DNA of 64,000 bases from Azolla caroliniana (taxonomy: Eukaryota; Plantae; Polypodiophyta). The notes under the pieces were generated by a model. The model made no database searches, was not told the origin of the DNA, and saw only the letters and a program-made list of their open reading frames with translations. Position 1 is the stretch's first letter. The number at the start of each line of letters is the position of its first letter. Positions 24,711-34,380 of this stretch are shown here, in pieces. The position numbers and the translations under genes are program-made. The DNA lies in the NCBI GenBank assembly GCA_043228905.1, contig JBHGNT010000022.1, positions 11,222,001 to 11,286,000 of the forward strand, in the 5' to 3' direction.

Positions 24711-27700
24711 AGAAAGAAGAGCGCGTGGATTGCAAGGAGAAGCAACATGTGTCACACCTAGTGGCGCATGTATACTAGTACTACCCGACAAGAAGCACAA
24801 GCACCAGATACAAGAATTCGAGAAGATACTGAAAGAAGAGAACATAATAGAAGAAGAGGAGTTCGTGACTCATATTATGGAAGAAGCCTCATTTAACGAC
24901 ACCATCGGCGGAATCGAGGACGTCGTGGACTTGAGCTATCTTCACAACCAATGCGTGATTTCGGTTAACTCCGTCAACATGTACGCTATCATCGATGAAT
25001 ACCGTCGTGGCATCTCGATGAAGGAAGCTGACATCAACACGAAATATAAAACGGTTGATAAGAAGATCAAGCCAGTTGCGGTTCCGCTACCGGAAGATAG
25101 CTGGCAAAAGATGAAGGAAGTCGCAAACGATCCAAGCTTAAGAGATCCGAAGAAGATAGGTCATGACTTCACCAAAGAGACGAAGGGGAAGCTACGAGTT
25201 GGAAAGGAGGATTTCCTTCTCCCTGAAGAGGAGCGAATGTTTCGCGATATGCTTGAGAGACATGGGAAGGCTTTCGCATTCTTCCCACGAGAAATCGGAT
25301 GCGCCGACCCAAAGGTTATAGAGCCAATGGTGATCTTCACGGTGCCTCATGTGCCTTGGAATTTGAAACCGATACCGGTTCCGAGAGCACACCTTCCGGA
25401 GCTGATCGAGCTCTTAAAGGAGAAGGTGAGTATGGGAATTCTAGAACCGTCGAATGCTCCTTATTCCAATAGGTGTTTCACGGTGCCGAAGAAGAATGGA
25501 TCATTGCGATTCATCCAAGATCTTCAACCCGTCAACAAGGTGACAATTCGAAATGCCGGAATCGGTCCGAGCGTGGACGAATTTGCCGAAGCGTTTGCGG
25601 GCCGGTCCATCTACTCCATTGGCGATCTCTACTCCGGATATGACCAATTCCAATTGGCAATCGACAGTCGGGACATTACAACCATGAGGACTCCGATCGG
25701 GCTTGTGCGGATGTGTACCTTACCCCAAGGCGCAACGAACTCGGTGGCTCATATGGTGAATGCCATGAATAAAGTCTTGAAGGATTGCATTCCGGACATC
25801 ATGATGCCATTCTTGGATGATATTCCGATAAAAGGATGTTCGGATGAGGAGAAAGATGAATCGAAAGATAAGGAAGGTTGTAGAAAGTTCGTTGCGGATC
25901 ATATGAAAGATTGCGAGAAGGTGCTTCAAAGGCTCGAAGATGCGAATTTGACATTTTCGGGAGAAAAATCCGCATTCGGGCAACCGGAGATCTTGGTGGT
26001 AGGTCACTTGTGTGGAGCATACGGCCGGAAGCCCTCGCCATCCAAAGTGAATGCAATCCAAGACATGAAAGAAGAATGCGAAAACCAAACGGAGGTTCGA
26101 AGGTTCCTTGGAGCGTGCGCGTTTTATCATATATGGATTCCTCACTACGCTCATGTCGCCGAACCGTTATATGGACTACTAAAGAAAAGAATAAAGTTCG
26201 AATGGCGAGACGAGCACACAGAGGCGATGCGAAGATTAAAGAAACTGCTTCTTGAAGCTCCGGCACTAAGGAAGGCCGACTATGCCGAAGGGAAACCAAT
26301 TTATGTGACCGTAGATACGAGCCCAACCGGAATCGGGTGGGTCATCAATCAAGAAGGTGAAGATAATGCGCGATATGCCGTCCGGTTCGGAGCAAAGGTT
26401 CTCAGCGAACGGCAACAAAGATATGCCCAAGTCAAGCGGGAACTTTGGGGTATTGTGTCGGCAGTGAAGACGGACAAAGATTACTTGATCGGATCAGAAG
26501 TGATAATAGAGACAGATTGTCTCCCAATTCTCGGAATGGTCTCGGGATGTGCGACCCCAAATCTTGCTATGCTAAGGTGGATTGCCTACATCAAGTCTTT
26601 AAACCCAGAGATCCGTCACATCGCAGGGAAGAAGAACGCCATGGCTGACATGCTGTCGAGGGCAAGATTTTCAAATGGAAGTAACATGGTTTCGGAAGAT
26701 GAAGATGTCGCCCTCAACTTCTTCAAGATGGCTCGATTGTCGGCGGAAGACCAGGACACGCAAACCCTCCACGCCTTCAACGAGAACGAGTACGAAAGAG
26801 AATGGTTACTCATCGGTAGATTCCTAAGAACATTGACGACAGATGCTTCGTTGACAAAGGAGGAGGCCCTACGAATCCGAAAGAAAGCGTACCGATACTT
26901 CTTGAAGGGAGGATTCCTTTGGCGACATCCAAAAAGAAGGACAGGAATACCACGTCGAGTGGTGGTAAAGAAAGAAGAGCAAGAGACGCTGATGACCGAA
27001 TTCCACGAGAGTGCTTGGGCAGGTCATAGAGGAACATGGGCGACGTTCGAAAAGTTGAAGGAGAAGTACTGGTGGCCAAGCATGTACAAAGATGTGCTCC
27101 ATTTCGTGTCCACATGTGAAACTTGCCAAGTATATTCAAATATACGTCATCGTGATGAGTTAAAGCCGACATACCCACTCACCATTCACTTCAAATGGAT
27201 GGTGGATCTGGTCTCGATGCCAATGGGAGTGGGACAAATGAAGTACTTAGCGCTCGCAAGGGAAGACTTGACAAATCAAGTGGAAGGACGAGCCTTGACA
27301 AATAAGACGACTTCAGCCGTTTGTAAATTTTTACTTGAAGATGTTGTTTGCCAATATGGATGTGTAGGGAAGATAGTGGCCGACCGAGGGGAGTTGGAAG
27401 CGCACGAAGCGACGGAGCTCTTCGAAAGACTAGGCGTGAAGCTCTCCCTCACGACTGCCTACAATCCGGAAGCAAATGGGAAGATCGAGCGAGGGCATGG
27501 ACCTATCGTTAAAGCCATCGTACGGGCATGCAACGGTCGAGTCGGGAATTGGCCACGACTATTACCCTATGCCTTGTGGGCCGATAGAACGACACATAGC
27601 TCGGTAACAGGGTATATGCCGACGGAGCTTATGTATGGACAAAAGCCGATTATACCCATCGAAAGGACGATCGCCTCATGGGTAGCGATACCGTGGGAGA

Positions 27701-28140
27701 ACGAGATGAGCCGAGAAGAGTTATTAGCGGCGCGGATAAGGCAACTTGAAAGAAGACCTGAAGATTTAAAAAAAGCGCGAAAGATGATGAAGGCAGCCCG
27801 AGTAAAGAACAAAGTTCGGTTCGACAACACGCATCGACTTCGTCCCAAGAAGATTGAAGAAGGGGATTGGGTTTTGGTCTACGACAGCACCCTTGACAAT
27901 CAACATAGTACAACAAGGAAGTTCGCAAGAAGATGGTTCGGGCCGTATGTGGTGACAAGTGCCAACGATAATGCCACATACCACCTTGCGGAACTAGACG
28001 GATCAAGGTTGGCCGTACCCATTGCGGGAAAAAGAGTAAAGCTTTTCAAGAAAAGACAAGACAAGGATCCTGACCTCGATTACCTCGACGATGAACATAA
28101 TAGGCCGGATGAAAATGAAGACGTGGAGGAATCTAATTGA
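24652..28140 (+). CDS. Pol (RT-RNase H-integrase) of inner element, -1 frame relative to ORF1
   Basis: LRFIQDLQPVN, DLYSGYDQF, LPQGATNS, PFLDD; RNase H VTVDTS..ETDC; integrase H-H-C-C, VDLV, VADRGE, NGKIER, GPY; no chromodomain. Open frame extends upstream of the listed TTG at 24730. Confidence 0.95.
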   Translation, partial: LERTIEAWGTNSPSNHKTPQERRARGLQGEATCVTPSGACILVLPDKKHKHQIQEFEKILKEENIIEEEEFVTHIMEEASFNDTIGGIEDVVDLSYLHNQCVISVNSVNMYAIIDEYRRGISMKEADINTKYKTVDKKIKPVAVPLPEDSWQKMKEVANDPSLRDPKKIGHDFTKETKGKLRVGKEDFLLPEEERMFRDMLERHGKAFAFFPREIGCADPKVIEPMVIFTVPHVPWNLKPIPVPRAHLPELIELLKEKVSMGILEPSNAPYSNRCFTVPKKNGSLRFIQDLQPVNKVTIRNAGIGPSVDEFAEAFAGRSIYSIGDLYSGYDQFQLAIDSRDITTMRTPIGLVRMCTLPQGATNSVAHMVNAMNKVLKDCIPDIMMPFLDDIPIKGCSDEEKDESKDKEGCRKFVADHMKDCEKVLQRLEDANLTFSGEKSAFGQPEILVVGHLCGAYGRKPSPSKVNAIQDMKEECENQTEVRRFLGACAFYHIWIPHYAHVAEPLYGLLKKRIKFEWRDEHTEAMRRLKKLLLEAPALRKADYAEGKPIYVTVDTSPTGIGWVINQEGEDNARYAVRFGAKVLSERQQRYAQVKRELWGIVSAVKTDKDYLIGSEVIIETDCLPILGMVSGCATPNLAMLRWIAYIKSLNPEIRHIAGKKNAMADMLSRARFSNGSNMVSEDEDVALNFFKMARLSAEDQDTQTLHAFNENEYEREWLLIGRFLRTLTTDASLTKEEALRIRKKAYRYFLKGGFLWRHPKRRTGIPRRVVVKKEEQETLMTEFHESAWAGHRGTWATFEKLKEKYWWPSMYKDVLHFVSTCETCQVYSNIRHRDELKPTYPLTIHFKWMVDLVSMPMGVGQMKYLALAREDLTNQVEGRALTNKTTSAVCKFLLEDVVCQYGCVGKIVADRGELEAHEATELFERLGVKLSLTTAYNPEANGKIERGHGPIVKAIVRACNGRVGNWPRLLPYALWADRTTHSSVTGYMPTELMYGQKPIIPIERTIASWVAIPWENEMSREELLAARIRQLERRPEDLKKARKMMKAARVKNKVRFDNTHRLRPKKIEEGDWVLVYDSTLDNQHSTTRKFARRWFGPYVVTSANDNATYHLAELDGSRLAVPIAGKRVKLFKKRQDKDPDLDYLDDEHNRPDENEDVEESN

Positions 28141-28212
28141 TCATCGTAGCCGAAATCTCACTTCTTCTCTTCTTGGCACGTACCGGAGGACGTGTGGTTT
28201 GGTGGGGGTGGA

Positions 28213-29234
28213 TGTCGTGAAGATTTTCGGCAATAGTGTGAAAATCCCATAAAACGTACAAAATCGAGTATGAATCATGTAATACAATAATTGTGAAGAT
28301 AACATTTTTAATATCTAAGTACAAAATGATGGAGGTTTCGAATGCACTTTATTACACGAGAAATGGACAACTAAATGTCAAGATATGAGGGTATAAAGTT
28401 TGTGAAAAGAAAAGAGAAAATTGTGAGATATCCCATATAGGCACGACAAATACGGCTCTTATCATATATAAGGTGGAGCAAAAGATATTATTTTTGTGTC
28501 TATGTGTGGAGCATAGAGAGTTCAAGGTAACTTGAACTTAGAGTGGAGGTGGCTAGCTACTCGAAAAGGGTTTTGGCCAACCAAAACCGGACCGGCGATG
28601 GAGCCGGTGATCCGACGGCATCCGACGGCGGCATGCGGCACCGGTATCTGGCGTCGGTGTCGGTATCCGGCGTCGGCATCGGCATCCGCCGGCGGCGTCG
28701 GCATCCGGCGAACCGGCGACTAGATAAAATAAATATATAAAAATATATACATATTTACATATACAAGGAGGGCAAGTATGGATTCGAACCTTGCACCTCC
28801 AAGTTAAGAGTCAAATGGCTTACCATTAAGCCATAGTATTTAGTTGAAATTATATTTCTATCATTGTACTTTTACATGTAAATTCTCATCCATGAGTGCT
28901 AAAATGAGTGACATGGTTAGCATGCACCACATGTAATACTTAAGCGCCAAATGGCAAACATGCAATTTATGCATGTCTTGTACCCTCACATGCATCATAT
29001 GCATGAGAGCATCTATAAAAGAGGGAAGGGGGAGGAGAAAAACACAGTTTTTTTTTATGAAAATTAAGAAGAAGAAATTCGTTATCAAATCAATCGTGTA
29101 ATCTCATCTTCTCTCTTTCCCAATCTATCTTAAGTACTTTCTCGCCAAAGCTTGCATCGACTCTAAATCCTTCCGGTCCAGAACCCCGGCGGTTCCGCCT
29201 CACGATCCGCGCGTAGTGACGGATCTTCACGACA
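28213..29234 (+). repeat. 3' LTR of inner element
   Basis: Direct repeat of 21397-22389, preceded by GGTGGGGGTGGA. Confidence 0.95.
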
Positions 29235-29386
29235 ACGTTTTTGTGAAGGATGAAGTGTTGTCGGACTGGAACCGAGCGCTTCTCCTCTCCTCTATCGTCT
29301 CCTTAATCGTTCTGTGCAGGTTTCGGGAGGTTGACTCTGCTCCACGGGACGCCCGAGTGCTCCCGGCAGAGCCTCCATCTCGCGTC

Positions 29387-29468
<82 letters not shown>

Positions 29469-29715
29469 AGGCGTCGGAGCCCATCACTCGCCGGCTTGCC
29501 GGTTGTAACACCTTGATTTATATATACATAAACATTCATTCTGTCTCCATCTCGTGTTCTATAGCTGGTTGCAATTCCTGTGATTCTGTGGGTCCATGCG
29601 CGTGTGAATTACATCGTTATTTTCCTTCCCTTCCCCTCATATGGTTATTTCTCGGTCCGAGGCCCCGGTGGTCCCGCCTCGTTCTCCACGCACGCGCGTA
29701 ACAACGCGACAACGA

Positions 29716-31780
29716 GATTTGGAGTTGGGGAAGGTCTTACTCCTACTTGGTGTCCAGACGTTGGATTTCGTTTGGTACCAAAAGGCTTTCCAGTGAGATA
29801 TTTAGGGTGTCAAGTGGGAATTAATCTTCCCCCAGAAGCTCATATTCAACCGTTATTGGTTTCTTTGAGGAAAATATTAATCTTTTGGAGTTCTAAGAGT
29901 TTATCACTGGCGGGGAGGCTAGTTATTTCTAATCAAGTATTACTCGCCTCAATGTGGTATATTATGTCCTCTTGGGTATTCTCCAGATCTTTGTTGTGAA
30001 AGTTACAACGGTTGATTAGAAATTTCTTATGGGGTTCTACTGATTTTAAGAATGTTAGGCCGAAGCTAGCTTGGAAAACTATTATAGCACCGACCTCTCA
30101 AGGGGTTTTAGGTTTGGTAGATCCTCCTATGCAATGTAAGGCACTATTGGCAACATTTATAGTGTGAGGTTTACTACCAGGAAATGAACCGTGGAAGATG
30201 CTCCTTCAGTTAAGAATGTAAGAGGTCTTCCTAAAAACTGGAGGTGAATGGACAAGGTCTCTTCGATGGTGTGGTTTATTCCTAACTTTGATTCGCATAA
30301 TATAGTATTTTAGAATAATAGGTTCTTTGCTGCGATAAAGCGAGCTTGGTGGTCACTAAAAGATAATTTGCAACAAGTCTGGCCCACTTCGATGGATGAA
30401 TTGTTACATCAACCCTTGGTTTGGAATCCTTTATTTCTAGGTGATGAAGGATCTATGTTAGGGAGGAGAGTGAGAATAAATTGGGCTCAAGTGGATTCAT
30501 CTTTTGCCTCATCTCTTAGTAAGTGGCAACTCTTTATTCACAATCCTACTGATATTATGCAACAAGAATATAGAGGAATAAGAGGGAGAAAGATGATTGT
30601 TGATGAGTTAAGGAAATTGCAACTACCCTTGATGGATAACATAAATTCTAATTGTCATAAGTGGGTGGGATTATTTTCAAATTTTCAAATTTTACTTGGA
30701 GTCCGTGAACTTAGAGATAAGGATTCTTTCTTGAGTTATGATGTTTTACAAGATGGACGATTAGTGTTGATCTCCCTAGAAGATGAATGTCTCGTTGAGG
30801 CTACAATAAAACCCATTGGAATTCTAGCCAAGGTAGATAAGATTTAGATCCTAGACCCTAATCCTAATGTTGTTCATCCATGGTGGGATCTATGGGTAAT
30901 GGGCAAAAAACCATTATGTGCATTGGAATGGGATCCAGGGGAATGGAAGTGGTTACCTACATCATATTTTGGGGAGGATGTTAGGCTGAAGCCATTTTTT
31001 CAATATTCTATTCGGTTGGGAAGGGAGATGTTACGACGTAGGATACCTCATTAACCGACAACTACAACATGGTTGAGTTATAATGTTGATTCTACGCATA
31101 TGACAACATTTTGGAAATGGCTATGGGCTATGCAAATTCCAAAGAAGATTATTTTATTTACATGGTTGATTGTTCATTATGCGGTTCCTGTTAGAGTTTG
31201 GATGCATTGTAAGGATGTAGATAAGATGTGTGATTTTTGTGGATTAGAGATGGAGTCTATTCATCACCTATTCTGGTCATGTATGGCGGCTACATTGTTT
31301 TGGAAAAGGATATTACGTTTATTGCATGAGGTATATGGATCTAGAGTATATAAATGGGGAGCAGTGATGCAGGCTGCTGTTAAGGGTAAGGTACAAAAAG
31401 GTTACCTTTGCATTACATACAAGAGGTTGATATGTTGAGGAAGTGTTGTCGTGTATGCATAGTAACTCAGTACAAAATGGGGAGGTTTGTGAGACTATTA
31501 GTTCCATAACATTGTGGGTTTTGTGGATTAGTAGATGTCGAAGGATATTTCAGCAAATTCAATGGAATGTTGTGGATGTAGTCAAAGAGATTTGGTTGAC
31601 CTTGGTGCATACACTAAAAGGAGAGTATGACGCTATCAAGGGTGATTCAGATGTAGTCCTTTGAAAGAAAGAGGTTTTTAAGAAGACATGGGAAAGGATG
31701 AATGTGTTTTACATGGTTAATTGTTGTATACATTGGAGGTATCAGCCACCTCTCTGGGTATTTCCTCCACCGATATGAGA
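29716..31780 (+). mobile_element. Right part of the interrupted LINE (RT thumb to zf-RVT), decayed
   Basis: VRYLGCQVG, SLSLAGRLVISNQVLLASMWY, CDFCGLEMESIHHLFWSC, WRYQPPLWVFPPPI*; many stops. Confidence 0.88.
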
Positions 31781-34094
31781 CATGGGGATATGTTAATTGT
31801 TATTGGTATTGTCTTAGGAGTTATGTATGTCAATGGTAGTCTATGAGTAGTTGAAAAGAAAGAAATAATTGAGATTTTGTGCAATCTCCTTCAAGACTTA
31901 TTTTCTGGTTTGGTGATATCAAAAGAAATTATGGCATCATGGCTTATCTAAAAATTTGCCCTTCGAGTAGTAGGAAAAGGATAAGAAGTGAAATTTGAAA
32001 ACAGGGTTTGGAACATGATTTTGTAATCACTAAAATGCTAAATGATATGTATGCAGAATGCCATTTCTTCTTATGAGATGGATGGAGTCATTGAAATAGG
32101 TGGAGGGGGATGCTCTTATGTATGCATCCGGAAGAAGTCCGTTTCTTCTTATGTGATGGATGGTGTCATGAAGCACTGTTGATTGCATGCAACATGTGGA
32201 AGGTTATCAAATGCATATAAACTGGTCGAAGGGCTAAGATCCCTTAACGTGGGTGTTGATCACATGGCTTTACATGACAATATGTTCATACATGTTAGAA
32301 TCATGGATCGAGGCATACAAAATGACCTCTATACCATAATGCTTTGATTGAGTTTTACGTTGAATATGGAAAATAGAGAATGCTTAGTCATTGTAAATGT
32401 GGGGGTATATTGGATGCATGTGATGGATGACCCAAAGGTGGTATGTGGAAATGTTGAATATGAACATGATGTGGAAGATTGATTTGGTTTGAACATATGC
32501 AAATTCATGGTATGTTTCAACTATTGAGGAAGTGTTCAATCAAGTCTATCAAAAGAAGGATTCATGGCTAGCTATTGTCTTACAGAAGATGGGTTGGGGA
32601 AGGACAATCATCTCCTTTCCATCATTTTGTATTTTGTAGTTGATTTGGTTTTTTAAACTAATGGAAGGATATGTTTTCTAATAAAAATAAAAATAAAGAC
32701 CAAGATTGTGAGACAAATGATGCAAAGAAAGGAAAATAATGAAGATTGCATGTGCCGTAAAAATAGTGATTGAGACTATCAATCAATTTCAAGGTGACAA
32801 CATCTCAAAAAATTTAAAGAGATACAATGACAAGATGTTTTGAAAACGTACAAATGACTCAGGAAAACTAAAATGTTTCAATAAGGTTTTGTCCATTGCA
32901 TCACACATGAAAATTGTAAATCTTCAACAAGTCCACACATCTTAGGTTAATTATAGCAAGGAAAGTCAAGGAATTTGAAATCAAAGAGAGCAAGGGGACA
33001 AGTCGTGATGATTTTGCCAAATGGGTGGCATCAAACAAGAAAAGGGAAGAGCATGACAATGGTGTTGTAGAGTATCAACATCATCTTGCTTAACTCTAAT
33101 GGTGAGATCAGGAAAATGCTCTAATTGAGAACTAGGAGGAATCAAGAAGAATACGTTACTACTATGTGAAGATAAAATAAGGGAAACTTGTCCAACACTA
33201 CAAACCAATCCACGGCTATTGGGATTGCACACCCAGATTTCTAAAGTGCAAATTTCTAAGGGAAGAATGATAGTGTCAAAACTTGATGTAAAAAACAAGA
33301 ACCAACAAAGAAGTTTGATAAAGGAAGTGGGTACAATATGGTCCCAATTAGAGAGAATGAAATGAGCCCATCATGTAAGAGTGCCCTGATGATCAACGTG
33401 AAGGAGATAATTAATAGGGCATATGTAAAGGTCCAATTTGTACTCCAATAGTGGGATAACTCATTCTCCATTGCATTATTAAGCATATCATTTATTTAAG
33501 CTTGTTCTTCTTTTCTAGTCCATTTGAGCATTGAAGATCTTGTGGCTTGTGAGTGATCGATTTCTTAAACCCTACACATGCATTCCCAACAATAAAGAGC
33601 GAAGGCATATATTGATGAGAACCATAGCACCTCATCTTCGATGTGTTTGATTACTCTTTAAGTGTGCTTACCATGTAGACACAATTCCACACAAGTTCTT
33701 CCAGGCAATAAACCAGCATGGTCCCCCCGAAATTTACCACATGCATGTGCTTTCTCTTGGGTTCAAAGGGATTGTCGACCGACTTCCCATATTCTTCTCT
33801 TTTGTTTCATTACATGCATGTAAACACATTTTATGGGGTTTCCTTTTGTTTCGCCAACATCTAAACTTGTGAAGTACTCTCGGGCTTCTCGGCATTCCAT
33901 TATGTCGTCGAATTATGTTCTTCGAAAATATGTGTCGGAGAGTCGGGGATGACGGACATCGGATCGGATCGATAGCCTGCAATCGGAGGGGCAGGGCTTG
34001 CGATCCGATTACAATAAGAAAAGGAACAGAGCAAAGACATATTTCCGATATATCCGTCGGAGTGTTCCGGATATTTCCGAAATTTGGCACTAGA

Positions 34095-34380
34095 GCAGGG
34101 CATTTGGTTACATCTCCCATTTTATCTATGCATTATATGTTGTTAAATTTGCTCTGTTCATTGAGAGATAGATAGACAGATAGATAGATGCTGATCTTGC
34201 TGCGCAGGGCATTTGGGTAGATCTCCTTTTTTATCTATGCATTCATTATATGCTGTTAATTTGCTCTGTTCATTGAGAGATACATAGATACATAGATAGA
34301 TGCTGATCTTGCTGAGCAGGGCATTTGTTTTATCTATGCATTGAGAGATAGATAGATAGATAGATGCTGATCTTGCTGAG
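34095..34380 (+). repeat. Three tandem degenerate units upstream of and overlapping the PPR start
   Basis: GCAGGGCATTTG...(GATA)n-ATGCTGATCTTGCTG starting at 34095, 34204 and 34316. Confidence 0.85.

Larger units (their letters stand above)
21397..29234 (+). mobile_element. Inner near-intact Ty3/gypsy LTR retrotransposon
   Basis: LTRs 21397-22389 and 28213-29234, highly similar, with terminal inverted repeat TGTCGTGAAGAT/ATCTTCACGACA; tRNA-Trp PBS 22398-22415; purine-rich tract before the 3' LTR; flanks GCGT/ACGT. Confidence 0.96.
16758..29711 (+). mobile_element. Outer Ty3/gypsy LTR retrotransposon, decayed and internally deleted
   Basis: 5' LTR 16758-17432 (TG..CA); tRNA-Trp PBS 17437-17454; gag-protease 17504-19574 (frameshifts, LVDHGSEIN); pol remnants to about 21350; 3' LTR present as 21351-21396 plus 29235-29711. 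Confidence 0.93.

Noticed and set aside
17565-28006. Many antisense and alternate-frame ORFs over the gypsy elements
   Set aside because: Shadow ORFs of gag/pol with no motifs of their own.
27900-28140. Chromodomain or env-like extra ORF in the inner gypsy element
   Set aside because: Integrase ends in a GPY module and acidic tail, and the 3' LTR begins about 70 bp later.
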